Shown here: positions 17,597-28,333 of the stretch, piece by piece
Numbering within the stretch: position 1 is the stretch's first letter
How the letters are laid out: every line of letters begins with the position of its first letter
Assembly (NCBI GenBank): GCA_963422735.1
Contig: OY730476.1
Span: forward strand, 3,264,001-3,328,000
DNA from: Candidatus Latescibacterota bacterium
GTDB lineage: Bacteria > Latescibacterota > UBA2968 > UBA8231
Reading direction: 5' to 3'
DNA length: 64,000 bases
Translations under genes and position numbers: made by a program
Notes under the pieces: generated by a model
Seen by the model: only the letters and a program-made list of their open reading frames with translations
What the model was told of the DNA's origin: nothing
The model's database searches: none

Positions 17597-18160
17597 TCAG
17601 GCGCGGCGATAGATGCTAAGGGAGGTATTGCCGTACGCCCGTTGTTGGTTGAGCGCGAGGTGGCCACTCTGCTCGGGCACGTCCAAGTCGATTTGGTGCT
17701 GCACGAACAGCAGGCCCGCGTCGTTAAAGAGCGGGGATTCCCCAAGGGCTTCGATCAGGCCCAGCAGAAGCGGGGTGCCGCAGTAGCAGGCGTGGTACGG
17801 AGGATCGGCGTACACAATGTCGAAGCGGTGGCCGGCCGTTGCCAACTGAGGGATGAGGTGTTGGGCCTTGACCGAGTGTAGGCCCGCGACGCCGGCCCGC
17901 CATTGGTAGAGTAGTGCGCGGATCTGACGCCGCCGCCGGTGATCTGGCTCGTTGAGCTCGACGCTCGCACCCCGGCTTAGTGCTTCGAGCCCCATCTGGC
18001 CCGAGCCAGCACATAGGTCGAGGAAGGTGCAGCCCCTCAAATCGGGGCCGAGCATGGAGAATACGGCTTCTTTTAGGCGCGTTGAAGTGAGGCGAATTTG
18101 GCGCAGATGTCGCCCGGAGGAAATCTGCCGACCGCGATAGGTGCCAGTGACAATGCGCAC
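17597..18160 (-). CDS. rsmD: 16S rRNA m2G966 methyltransferase RsmD family
   Basis: Motifs MRIVTGTYRG, LDLCAGSGQMGLEALSRGA, ADPPY and RAYG. Confidence 0.85.
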   Translation of the reverse strand: MRIVTGTYRGRQISSGRHLRQIRLTSTRLKEAVFSMLGPDLRGCTFLDLCAGSGQMGLEALSRGASVELNEPDHRRRRQIRALLYQWRAGVAGLHSVKAQHLIPQLATAGHRFDIVYADPPYHACYCGTPLLLGLIEALGESPLFNDAGLLFVQHQIDLDVPEQSGHLALNQQRAYGNTSLSIYRRA

Positions 18161-18430
18161 GGGAAAGCCTTGAGTTGGAGTTGATTGAAACGCAAAAGTA
18201 TCGCGGTTGAGACTAGCAGCGTCAAGTTGTGGGTCGTGGACGATGGGGGAGTTTGCAAAGAGTGATTAGTTGTGATTAATAATTATCTCACAAATGCTAG
18301 CAATCCCGCAGGGAACGGCTCCTGTGTCTCAGCCCAGCAAAGGACAACCACAGGGATCGATCCCGATATAAACGACGTATTCAGGGTTTATGAAATAGCT
18401 TCTAACCACTAACCACATATAACCAAACTA

Positions 18431-19579
18431 ATGATCACAGAACGATACGATGTCATTGTCGCAGGGGCCGGTGGCATGGGCGGTGCCGCGCTGTACCACT
18501 TGGCCCGCCGCGGTGTGCGCGTCTGCGCTGTAGAGCGCTTTGGCATAGCTCACGACCGGGGATCTTCGCACGGAGATACCCGCATTATTCGCAAAGCCTA
18601 TATGGAGCATCCCGACTACGTTCCCTTGTTGCACCGGGCCTACGTGCTGTGGGAGGAGCTAGAGGCCGAAGAAGCGGGGGAACTCTTTGCCCGCGTCGGG
18701 CTGCTCGTGGCGGGCGATCCCAACGCGGAGGCGATGCAGGGGCAGGCAGCTTGTTATCAGGAGCACGACCTGCCGCACGAACCGCTCGATGCGGCAGCCA
18801 TTGCCGCGCGCTATCCAAGCTTGGCCTTGCCCGCGGAGTGGAGTGGCTTTTACGATCCCCTAGGCGGTTTTCTCCATGTCGAGGACTGCGTCCGTCGGCA
18901 TGTCGCGTTAGCCCAAAAGCACGGCGCGAAACTCTACGACGGGGAGGCCATGCGGTCGTGGCGACGCGAGGGCGAAGGAGTGGTAGTGGAAACCGAGCGA
19001 AGGCACCTGCTCGCCGAACGGTTGGTGCTGGCGACCGGGGCTTGGGCGGTGCCGGAGCTATGCCGGCTGGGCGTAGCAGCGTGCGTAGTGCGCAAAGTGC
19101 AGTTGTGGTACCAAGGGCGCGGTGTGGAGCAGTACGCGCGCGGCGCGTTCCCCTGCTTCTTCATCGCCGACGGTGAACACTATTTCTATGGATTTCCCGC
19201 CGAAGCACCGTGGGGCCTAAAGTTGGCCGAGCACAATCTGTCGCACGATCCAGTAGCCGACCCGCTCCAACTCAATCGCGCACTGGCCGCCGGCGATCAG
19301 CCCTATGTCCTCGATTTTCTCGCGCGATTTTTTCCCGCGCTGCAACCAGAACTGAGCAAACACGCCGCCTGCATGTATTCGCTGACGCCGGATAAGCACT
19401 TCGTCTTGGACATCCACCCCGAATGCCCAGCCGTGGTGCTGGGGGCGGGTTTTTCCGGCCACGGCTTCAAGTTCGCGCCGATAGTGGGCGAAATCCTAGC
19501 TGAATTGGTGCTGGAAGGCGATACCAAGCATCCCATCGAATTCCTGCGTCTTTCCCGTTTTGCACAAAGGAGGTCATAA
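18431..19579 (+). CDS. solA: N-methyl-L-tryptophan/monomeric sarcosine oxidase
   Basis: Motifs GAGGMG, GSSHGDTRIIR, CMYSLTPD and GFSGHGFKF. Confidence 0.9.
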   Translation: MITERYDVIVAGAGGMGGAALYHLARRGVRVCAVERFGIAHDRGSSHGDTRIIRKAYMEHPDYVPLLHRAYVLWEELEAEEAGELFARVGLLVAGDPNAEAMQGQAACYQEHDLPHEPLDAAAIAARYPSLALPAEWSGFYDPLGGFLHVEDCVRRHVALAQKHGAKLYDGEAMRSWRREGEGVVVETERRHLLAERLVLATGAWAVPELCRLGVAACVVRKVQLWYQGRGVEQYARGAFPCFFIADGEHYFYGFPAEAPWGLKLAEHNLSHDPVADPLQLNRALAAGDQPYVLDFLARFFPALQPELSKHAACMYSLTPDKHFVLDIHPECPAVVLGAGFSGHGFKFAPIVGEILAELVLEGDTKHPIEFLRLSRFAQRRS

Positions 19580-20356
19580 ATGGATCTAGGGCTGAAAGGC
19601 AAAATTGCTCTGATAACTGGAGGGAGCCGGGGGATCGGCCGGGCGATTGCGTTGGCACTGGCCAATGAGGGATGCAAGGTGGCGATTTGCGCCCGCGACC
19701 AAGAGCCGCTCGAACGCGCATTGCAACAAGTGCGGGCCACTGGGGCCGAAGCCATCGCCGAGGTCGCCGATGTGCGCTCGCGGTCGGAGGTGGAGGCCGT
19801 TGTCGCGCACTGCGCGGCCGAGTGGGGAGGGGTGGATATCTTGGTCAACAATGTGGGTGGGGCGACCGGCGAACAGAGCTTGCTCGAAACCGATGATGAA
19901 GACTGGGAAGCAACCTTTGACCTAAACGTGTTCCACGCCGTGCGCACGACGCGGGCGGTGCTGCCCTACATGCAGCAGCGAGGCGGGGGCGCGGTAGTGA
20001 TCGTCTCGTCGATCTCCGGGTGGAAGCCCGGGCCCAAGTCCCAGTATGGAAGCGCAAAGGCCGCGGAGATTTTTCTCGCTGGTGCGCTGGCACTGGAACT
20101 GGCCGAATGCGGGGTGCGGGTCAACACCGTCGCGCCGGGGTCAATATTTTTCTCCGGCGGTGGGTGGGCGCATTTTCAGGAGGAGCAGCCCGAGCGTTTT
20201 GCACAGTTTGTGGAGCGGGAGTTGCCCGCCGGGCGCTTGGGGACGCCAGAAGAGGTGGCAGATGTGGTGGCGTTTCTGGTGTCCGAGCGTGCGAATTGGA
20301 TCAATGGAGCGCTGATCCCCGTGGATGGGGCGCAGGGCCGGCCGACGGCTTTTTGA
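19580..20356 (+). CDS. SDR family oxidoreductase
   Basis: Motifs TGGSRGIG, NNVG and YGSAK. Confidence 0.9.
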   Translation: MDLGLKGKIALITGGSRGIGRAIALALANEGCKVAICARDQEPLERALQQVRATGAEAIAEVADVRSRSEVEAVVAHCAAEWGGVDILVNNVGGATGEQSLLETDDEDWEATFDLNVFHAVRTTRAVLPYMQQRGGGAVVIVSSISGWKPGPKSQYGSAKAAEIFLAGALALELAECGVRVNTVAPGSIFFSGGGWAHFQEEQPERFAQFVERELPAGRLGTPEEVADVVAFLVSERANWINGALIPVDGAQGRPTAF

Positions 20357-20369
20357 CGGCGGCCCTGCG

Positions 20370-20715
20370 CGACCACTAACACCGCCTGCATGTTCTGGTT
20401 GGTAAAAATGGCGGGCATATTGTCGTCGAAGGTCCAGAGAACGTCTGAAAGACAATCCCGCGAGTGGGTTTGTAGGTAGTTGATCAGATCATCCCCGCCA
20501 AGGGCGGCTAAGTCGGAGGATGAGCAGTAATCCGCATACATCTTGGCCGCGGGGCGAGCTGTCTCCTGTTCCAGCGGAGGGATTGTGGATCTACTGCAAA
20601 GCGGAGGTTGCGAAGACTGGCTTTCGCCCGGACGGGGCGCGACTCTTGCTGCGGCCAGACAGGCACTCGATGCCACGAGTAGGGCCGTCAAGATGCCGAT
20701 ATATATGTTATTCAT
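20370..20715 (-). pseudogene. Truncated secreted protein, probable M9 collagenase N-terminal remnant
   Basis: GGAGGT RBS and signal peptide, then CSSSDLAALGGDDLINYLQ...CL...IFTNQNMQAV resembling the Peptidase_M9_N start. The frame then runs antisense into the SDR; no HEXXH is present. Confidence 0.55.
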
Positions 20716-20761
20716 TTAGTCCACCTCCAAGATTGTGTTCCGATTCCGCTTGTTTCCGCCC

Positions 20762-21544
20762 TTACCCCTGAAACAGCGACAGCGCCCCATCTACGTACAT
20801 CTCGGTTCCCGTAATATAGCTGGCCTCGTCCGACGCCAAAAAGACAATGGCGTTGGCGACCTCCTCTGCGCTGGCGGCGCGTTGTTGTAGGGGGATCATG
20901 CCTTGGGGGAACTCGCGGGGGATGCGGATCTTGTCGATGTCGCGGGGGAAGGTGTTCTCGCCGATGCTGGTTTTGGTGGCCCCAGGGCAGACGACATTGA
21001 TGCGGATGTCCCACTGCGCTAGTTCGACTGCAGCCATTTTGGCGAAGGTGACTTGGGCGGCCTTGGAGCAGGAATACGAGGTGAAGCCGAAGTTGGAGAA
21101 GATGCGGTTGCCGTTGACCGAGGAGACGACGACGATGCTGCCGCCGCCGGCTGTGCGCAGGTGGGGGATGGCGTATTTAACGGTGAGGAAGGTGCCGCGC
21201 ACGTTGATGTTGTGCGTCTGATCCCACTCGTCGGGGGTGATGTCCTCAATGGGGGCAAAGACCCCGTTGATGCCGGCGTTGGGCACGACGATGTCGAGGC
21301 GGCCCCAACGCTCGACCGCGGCGGCCACCAGCTCGGCGACGTGCTCGGCGTTAGCCACATCGCCGGGCAAGGCCAACGCTTGGCCGCCCAGCCCTTCGAT
21401 TTCGGCTACGGCTTCCTCGCAGCGCTCGGCACGGCGGGCCGTCAGCGCGATCTTGGCTCCTTCGTTGGCCATGGCCACGGCCGCGGCCCGGCCGATGCCG
21501 CTGCTGCCCCCGGTGATGAGGGCCACTCTGTCTTTCAGCTTCAT
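20762..21544 (-). CDS. SDR family oxidoreductase
   Basis: Motifs TGGSSGIG, NAGING and YSCSK. Confidence 0.9.
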   Translation of the reverse strand: MKLKDRVALITGGSSGIGRAAAVAMANEGAKIALTARRAERCEEAVAEIEGLGGQALALPGDVANAEHVAELVAAAVERWGRLDIVVPNAGINGVFAPIEDITPDEWDQTHNINVRGTFLTVKYAIPHLRTAGGGSIVVVSSVNGNRIFSNFGFTSYSCSKAAQVTFAKMAAVELAQWDIRINVVCPGATKTSIGENTFPRDIDKIRIPREFPQGMIPLQQRAASAEEVANAIVFLASDEASYITGTEMYVDGALSLFQG

Positions 21545-21627
21545 GTCGATCTCCTAAGTTGACGAAAAAATGTGGGCGGGATATCATTGGAAGCCCTAAA
21601 ATACACCCAGCGAAAGTGGAGACAAGA

Positions 21628-22887
21628 ATGGAAGAAAACGCGAACACGCACTCCCGACCCTCAAAGCTGAAGGTCACGGATATGCGCGTCGCTAATGTGC
21701 GCGGTGCGCCGTTCCGTGCGACGATCATCCGCATCGACACCAACCAAGGCATCTCCGGTTACGGCGAGGTGCGCGACGGCGGCAGCCCGACCTACGCGCT
21801 AATGCTCAAAAGCCGCTTACTCGGCGAAAACCCCTGCAACGTCGATAAGCTCTTCCGCAAGATCAAACAATTCGGCCACCATGCGCGTCAAGCCGGCGGT
21901 GTCTGCGGCGTCGAGATGGCGCTGATGGACCTAGCCGGCAAAGCCTACAATGTGCCGGCCTACCAATTGGCCGGGGGTAAGTTCCGCGACCGAATCCTCT
22001 GCTACTGCGACACCCCCACGCGGCGCGACGGCCGGGAGATGGGACGATTGCTCAAGGAGCGGATGGAGCGGGGGTTTAAATTCCTCAAAATGGACGTCGG
22101 CATTAGGTTGCTGCGGGAAGTTGAAGACGCGCTGATCGCTCCGCCGGGGATGCTGGAAAGCCACGGCATCATGCACCCATTTACGGGTATCCAGATTACC
22201 AACAAGGGCATCGATATCCTCTGCGAATACGTGGCGCAGGTGCGCGAGGTGATCGGCTATGAAATTCCCTTGGCCGTCGATCACTTTGGCCACATTGGCG
22301 TCGAGTCCTGCATCCGCTTGGGCAAGGCACTCGATCCGTTCAGCCTAGCTTGGTATGAAGACATGATCCCCTGGCAGTTGGCCGACCAGTGGCAGCGGCT
22401 CGCCGAAGCAGTAGATACGCCCGTATGCACGGGCGAGGACATCTATCTCAAGGAAAACTTCCTGCCCCTTTTTGAACGGCGTGCCCTTGCCGTCGTCCAC
22501 CCGGATTTGGCCTCTTCCGGCGGGATCCTTGAGACCAAAAAGATCGGCGACCTAGCGCAGGAGCACGGCATTGCCATGGCGCTGCACATGGCCATGTCGC
22601 CGGTGGCGGCGCTCGCTTCGGTGCATTGCGCTGCGGCGACCGAAAACTTCATGGTGCTCGAAAACCACTCGGTCGATCAGCTAGAACAATGGAGTAGCTT
22701 GGTCGAGGGCTTGCCGGTGCCCCTGATTGAGGACGGGCACATTGCGGTGCCAGAGGGGCCGGGGCTGGGCTTTAGCGGCCTCAATGAAGAAGTGCTGCGG
22801 TCGTTTGCCAACCCAGAGCAGCCGGAGATTTTTGGCCCCACTGAGCAGTGGAACGACGAGCGGCCACACGACCGCTTGTGGAGCTAA
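21628..22887 (+). CDS. Mandelate racemase-family acid-sugar dehydratase
   Basis: Motifs GYGEVRDG, EMALMDLAGK, KMD, WYED, TGED and PEGPGLG. Confidence 0.88.
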   Translation: MEENANTHSRPSKLKVTDMRVANVRGAPFRATIIRIDTNQGISGYGEVRDGGSPTYALMLKSRLLGENPCNVDKLFRKIKQFGHHARQAGGVCGVEMALMDLAGKAYNVPAYQLAGGKFRDRILCYCDTPTRRDGREMGRLLKERMERGFKFLKMDVGIRLLREVEDALIAPPGMLESHGIMHPFTGIQITNKGIDILCEYVAQVREVIGYEIPLAVDHFGHIGVESCIRLGKALDPFSLAWYEDMIPWQLADQWQRLAEAVDTPVCTGEDIYLKENFLPLFERRALAVVHPDLASSGGILETKKIGDLAQEHGIAMALHMAMSPVAALASVHCAAATENFMVLENHSVDQLEQWSSLVEGLPVPLIEDGHIAVPEGPGLGFSGLNEEVLRSFANPEQPEIFGPTEQWNDERPHDRLWS

Positions 22888-22889
22888 AA

Positions 22890-23948
<1,059 letters not shown>

Positions 23949-23949
23949 C

Positions 23950-25068
23950 ATGGACCGCCGGACCTTTCTCGGCCTAGGTTTAAGCGCAGCCGCGTGGCCT
24001 GCATTGGGCCGCGCCGCGCCCGTGCGGTCGGAGCGAGTGCGCCTGCGCGAGTTGGGCATTGTCATTGGCGAATTGGCGACCGGCTTCCATAACGCCATCA
24101 CCGATGTCGAGGGCGTGAGGGTCGGCCATTTGACCCTGATTCAGGATGGGGGTCCGGTTCGAACCGGCGTGACGGCGATTGTGCCGCGCCCGCCCGCGTT
24201 TGCCGCGGACTTCACGCTCAACGGCAACGGCGAACTGATGGGGGTAGGCTCTATGCGTCGTACGGGCCTGTTGGCCGGTCCAGTCCTTTTTACCAACACA
24301 TCCAGCGTCGGCGCAGTGTACGATGGGGCAGTGGAGTGGATGTTGGCGCGAGATCCCGACCTGTTCAAAAGCGATTTGCAGCCCGCGCCCATAGTCGGCG
24401 AGACGTGGGCTGCGTTTCTCCACGACGAAGTCGGGCGACACCTGCAGCCTGCACACGCGGCAGCAGCCCTCGACGCAGCACGCGGTGGGCCGGTGACCGA
24501 AGGCTGTGTCGGCGGCGGGACCGGGATGCGGGCCTATAGCTTTAAGGCCGGCATTGGCACGGCGTCGCGCAAAATCCCCTGCGGCGACCAGCTCTACACC
24601 GTGGGTGTGCTGGTGCAGGCGAATTTTGGCCGGCGTCCCCAACTGCGCGTTGACGGCGTCCCTGTGGGCCGGGAGATCGCCGATCTAATGCCTGTGCGCG
24701 GCGGCAAGAGCAAGTCCATGCTCGCGGCAGTAGCTACGGATGCGCCGTTGATCCCAATCCAACTACAGCGCGTGTGCAAGCGGGTGGCTTTGGGCATGGC
24801 GCGCACGGGTGCTATTTCCACCCACGGCAGCGGCGACCTCGTGTTGGCTTTTTCCGCGGCCTCCTCCAAGCCGCCGGCCGCGCTCGCCATGCTCGCTGAC
24901 CGTTGGATTTCGGGCCTGTTCCAAGGCGTAGTTGAGGCTACGGAGGAAGCCATTCTCAACGCGCTGACTACGGCCTACACCATGACCGGTCGCGCCGGCA
25001 ATATCATCTATGCCCTGCCGCTGGACCGCTTGATCGAAATCATGCGCTCATACGGCCGGCTCAAATGA
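23950..25068 (+). CDS. P1/DmpA (S58) aminopeptidase with Tat signal
   Basis: DRRTFLG Tat motif; NAITDVEGVRVGH, KAGIGTASR, ATDAPL and autocleavage motif HGSGD. Confidence 0.88.
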   Translation: MDRRTFLGLGLSAAAWPALGRAAPVRSERVRLRELGIVIGELATGFHNAITDVEGVRVGHLTLIQDGGPVRTGVTAIVPRPPAFAADFTLNGNGELMGVGSMRRTGLLAGPVLFTNTSSVGAVYDGAVEWMLARDPDLFKSDLQPAPIVGETWAAFLHDEVGRHLQPAHAAAALDAARGGPVTEGCVGGGTGMRAYSFKAGIGTASRKIPCGDQLYTVGVLVQANFGRRPQLRVDGVPVGREIADLMPVRGGKSKSMLAAVATDAPLIPIQLQRVCKRVALGMARTGAISTHGSGDLVLAFSAASSKPPAALAMLADRWISGLFQGVVEATEEAILNALTTAYTMTGRAGNIIYALPLDRLIEIMRSYGRLK

Positions 25069-26036
25069 ATCGCTCGCTCCCATCGGGCGAGGCGGCGGGA
25101 CCGCACAACGCCATTGTCGATGTGGCCGGAGTCAGCGTGGGCCACGTGGATATTCGCACGCCCGACCTACACACCGGCCTCACCGCCATTGTCCCATATC
25201 CGGTCGCAGTGGCCGAGCGCAAGCAGTTTATCGGTCACTTCTCCATAGACGGCGGCGACGCCATGAGTGGCCTTGGGGTCGCCGAAGACTTTGGCACTTT
25301 TTCCTCGCCCATTGTCCTTGCCCCAGCCCCGGTCGTCGGCCGGGTGTACGAATCCTTAATTCGCCATAGCTTGGGCCGCGACACCGGGCTATCGACCGTG
25401 GCGGGCTGGCCACCGGTGGTCGTGGGGATTGACGACACGGCTGTCAACGACCCCGCGCTCATTCGCAAGGTCCTGACACACGCCCACGCAGACGAGGCGT
25501 TGGCCAGTGCCGGTAGCGCGGTGCCCACGGGCAATGCCGGAGTCGGCGGCGGGTTGCAGGCCTTTGGCTACAAGGGCGGCATCGGCACGGCTTCGCGCCG
25601 CGCTGGCGAATACGCGCTGGGTGTGCTGGCCGCGGTTAACGGGGGGCGCGAGCTGAGTTTGGCCGGTCGCGTCCTGCCGGCAGGCGAGGGGGCAGGGGGA
25701 CCGCAGACTTTTGCCGCGGTCGTGGCTACGGATGCGCCCCTAATCCCGCGCCAACTAGAGCGTTTGGCTGGTCGCGCCGCGCTGGGACTGGCGCGGACAG
25801 GTTTGTGGAACCCGCATACGCGCGAGGGCCTCGTCCTCGCCTTTTCCACCACGAGCCTCGTCCAAGAACTGGCCACATCTGTGGGGATGGTAGGCGAAGA
25901 AGGGCTCTACCCGCTCTTTGCTGCTGGGGCTGCGGCTGCCGAGGGTGCGGTCGTCGATGCCCTCTTGGCCGCCGAGCCTGCTGGGGATCTCAAAGCCATG
26001 CCGCAGATCGGCTGGCTGGAAGAGGGGGATGGTTGA
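25065..26036 (+). CDS. P1/DmpA-like paralog lacking the catalytic Gly-Ser site
   Basis: NAIVDVAGVSVGH, KGGIGTASR and ATDAPL are retained, but HTREG replaces HGSGD; no signal peptide. Confidence 0.8.
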   Translation: MNRSLPSGEAAGPHNAIVDVAGVSVGHVDIRTPDLHTGLTAIVPYPVAVAERKQFIGHFSIDGGDAMSGLGVAEDFGTFSSPIVLAPAPVVGRVYESLIRHSLGRDTGLSTVAGWPPVVVGIDDTAVNDPALIRKVLTHAHADEALASAGSAVPTGNAGVGGGLQAFGYKGGIGTASRRAGEYALGVLAAVNGGRELSLAGRVLPAGEGAGGPQTFAAVVATDAPLIPRQLERLAGRAALGLARTGLWNPHTREGLVLAFSTTSLVQELATSVGMVGEEGLYPLFAAGAAAAEGAVVDALLAAEPAGDLKAMPQIGWLEEGDG

Positions 26037-27160
26037 GCCGCAGCTTGCTCGACGATCAGGACGCGCTTAGCGCCTTCCGCGCTCGGCTCTTGGCTTGGTA
26101 TCGCCAAAACAAACGGCAGACGAGTTGGCGCGACAGCGGCAATCCCTATCACGTCTGGATATCCGAGGTCATGTTGCAACAGACCCGGGTGGATCAGATG
26201 GCCCCCTATTTCGAGCGTTTTATCCGCGCATTTCCCACGCTCCAATCGCTGGCCGCCGCTTCCGAGGACCAAGTGCTCAAAGTCTGGGAGGGCTTGGGCT
26301 ATTATGCGCGAGCGCGCAACCTGCACAAGGCGGCTAAGCGCGTGGCCTTTGAGTTAGAAGGCCGCATACCAGATACGTACCAAGCGCTGATTGAACTGCC
26401 TGGGATTGGCCAGTACACGGCCGCGGCCTTAAGCAGCATTGCCTTCGACCGCGACCACCCAGTACTCGACGGCAATGTGACTCGTGTGCTCTGCCGCTTG
26501 TTGCGGATTGAGGAAGTGCCGGTCCGCGCCCAAGTCAAGGCGCGACTCATCGCCGCTGGGGAGGCCTTATTGGCCCGGGGCGAGGCCGGCGACTTCAATC
26601 AGGCGATGATGGAGTTGGGGGCGAGGGTCTGTACGCCGCAAAGTCCTTGCTGCCCGACGTGTCCGGTCGGCGGCTGGTGTCGGGCCAAGGCCGAGTTGGA
26701 CGACCCAGCCTCCTTGCCGCGCAAGGCCCCTAGGAAACAGAAGCCGCATTATCACGTGGCGGCCGGCTTGATTCGCAAGGGCGACGAACTGCTAATCGCC
26801 CAGCGGCCGGCCGAGGGGATGCTCGGTGGCCTGTGGGAGTTTCCCGGGGGCAAGCAGGAGCCCGGCGAGACCTTGCCCGAATGCTTGGTGCGCGAGATCC
26901 GCGAGGAATTGGGCATTGAAATCGAAGTGGGTGCGCGTCTGACGAGCGTGGATCACGCCTATTCGCATTTTAGCATCACTTTACACGCGTTTGCCGCCCG
27001 CTATGTGCGCGGCCCCCCCCAGGCGCTGGGTTGCGCTGCTTGGCGGTGGATCGCGCCGGAGGCTTTGGGCGACTTCGCCCTGCCGCGGGCCGATCGCCTG
27101 ATCGTGGAGTTCATGCGCGAGCACGCACAGCAGATGGAGCTATTTGGTGAAAGAAAGTGA
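26033..27160 (+). CDS. mutY: A/G-specific adenine glycosylase with MutT-like C-domain
   Basis: Motifs WISEVMLQQT, WEGLGYYARARN, LPGIGQYTA, LDGNV, the 4Fe-4S Cys motif and a Nudix box. Confidence 0.94.
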   Translation: MSRSLLDDQDALSAFRARLLAWYRQNKRQTSWRDSGNPYHVWISEVMLQQTRVDQMAPYFERFIRAFPTLQSLAAASEDQVLKVWEGLGYYARARNLHKAAKRVAFELEGRIPDTYQALIELPGIGQYTAAALSSIAFDRDHPVLDGNVTRVLCRLLRIEEVPVRAQVKARLIAAGEALLARGEAGDFNQAMMELGARVCTPQSPCCPTCPVGGWCRAKAELDDPASLPRKAPRKQKPHYHVAAGLIRKGDELLIAQRPAEGMLGGLWEFPGGKQEPGETLPECLVREIREELGIEIEVGARLTSVDHAYSHFSITLHAFAARYVRGPPQALGCAAWRWIAPEALGDFALPRADRLIVEFMREHAQQMELFGERK

Positions 27161-28046
27161 GTTGCTAGCCGAAGGACGCCGCCGTGCGCCCGGATTGGTT
27201 TTGCGCGGGCTTTGCATGGGCGCGGCCGATGTGATTCCCGGGGTTTCCGGGGGGACGATCGCCTTGGTCATGGGCATTTACGATGAACTGGTCGGGACTA
27301 TTGCCGCAGTCGATCAACGGCTCGTGGGTGCCTTGGTGCGGGGACGCTTGATCGAGGTGTTGCACCGAGTTAATGCCCCTTTTCTAGTGCCATTGCTGTG
27401 CGGTATAGGCGTGTCCATTGCCGCGCTGGCCAAGTTCATAACTTGGCTGCTCGCGACGCACCCCCAGCCTGTGTGGGGCTTCTTCACCGGGTTGATCTTG
27501 GCCAGTGCGCTCGTGGTCGCTCGGCAGGTCGCTGGATGGGGGATGGCGCAATGGGGGCTGACGGCTCTCGGCGCAGTGGCGGGCTACGCCATCACTACGT
27601 TGGTGCCGGTCGAGACTGGGGGCGAGGGCTACAAGTTCGCGCTGGCCGGCATGGTAGCCATCTGCGCGATGATTCTGCCGGGCATTAGCGGCTCATTTCT
27701 GCTAGTGGTCATGGGCAAATACCAGCAGGTCTTGACCGCGGTACACGAGTTCGACTGGGCGATCTTGGCCCTCTTCGGCCTTGGGGCGGTTATCGGTCTG
27801 CTGGGCTTCTCGCGGCTGCTCAAGCACCTGCTGACCCGCTTTCGCACGAGTACCATGGCCTTTTTGGTGGGAGTGATGTTGGGTTCCCTGCGCAAGGTGT
27901 GGCCGTTCCGCAACGCGCTGGAGGACGGGCGCTACGAATGCGCGTGGCCGCAGGAGTTCAGTGGCGAGGCCTGGCTGAGCTTGGGGCTGATTGCAGTGGG
28001 TGCTGTGTTGGTCTTGGCGTTGGAGCGGCTGGGACGGAGGCGATGA
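27147..28046 (+). CDS. DUF368 membrane protein (undecaprenyl-phosphate recycling family)
   Basis: Motifs MGAADVIPGVSGGTIA, AMILPGISGSFLL and GSLRKVWPF. Confidence 0.9.
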   Translation: MKESELLAEGRRRAPGLVLRGLCMGAADVIPGVSGGTIALVMGIYDELVGTIAAVDQRLVGALVRGRLIEVLHRVNAPFLVPLLCGIGVSIAALAKFITWLLATHPQPVWGFFTGLILASALVVARQVAGWGMAQWGLTALGAVAGYAITTLVPVETGGEGYKFALAGMVAICAMILPGISGSFLLVVMGKYQQVLTAVHEFDWAILALFGLGAVIGLLGFSRLLKHLLTRFRTSTMAFLVGVMLGSLRKVWPFRNALEDGRYECAWPQEFSGEAWLSLGLIAVGAVLVLALERLGRRR

Positions 28047-28054
28047 CTGCGAAC

Positions 28055-28333
28055 TCAATTTTGCGAATGATCCGCACCGTCGCGCTTGGGAGCGGGGTCT
28101 ATCTTTGGACCATCCTCGGCATCGCTCAGGGCGTCGCGGGCGGCGTGGAAGCGGCGGATGCGCCGCACGAGAATGAAGATCAATCCCGCCAGTGCCGAGT
28201 AGAGCAAGTACTGATAGATCGGCTCAGTCCAGCCTAGTACTACGGGCCAGAGGCTGGCGATGCAGAGCAAAATAAAAAGGTCTTCGATCAGCTTGTGCCT
28301 TTTTTCTCGCTGCTCTTCGCGTTCAGGCGTCAT
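28055..28333 (-). CDS. Small two-TM hypothetical protein
   Basis: Overlaps the end of the transglycosylase gene on the same strand; two hydrophobic helices. Confidence 0.65.
   Translation of the reverse strand: MTPEREEQREKRHKLIEDLFILLCIASLWPVVLGWTEPIYQYLLYSALAGLIFILVRRIRRFHAARDALSDAEDGPKIDPAPKRDGADHSQN

Noticed and set aside
18308-18370. Possible degenerate GTAG-type REP (GCAGGG...CAACCACAGGG)
   Set aside because: Too degenerate to define arms without a genome-wide search.
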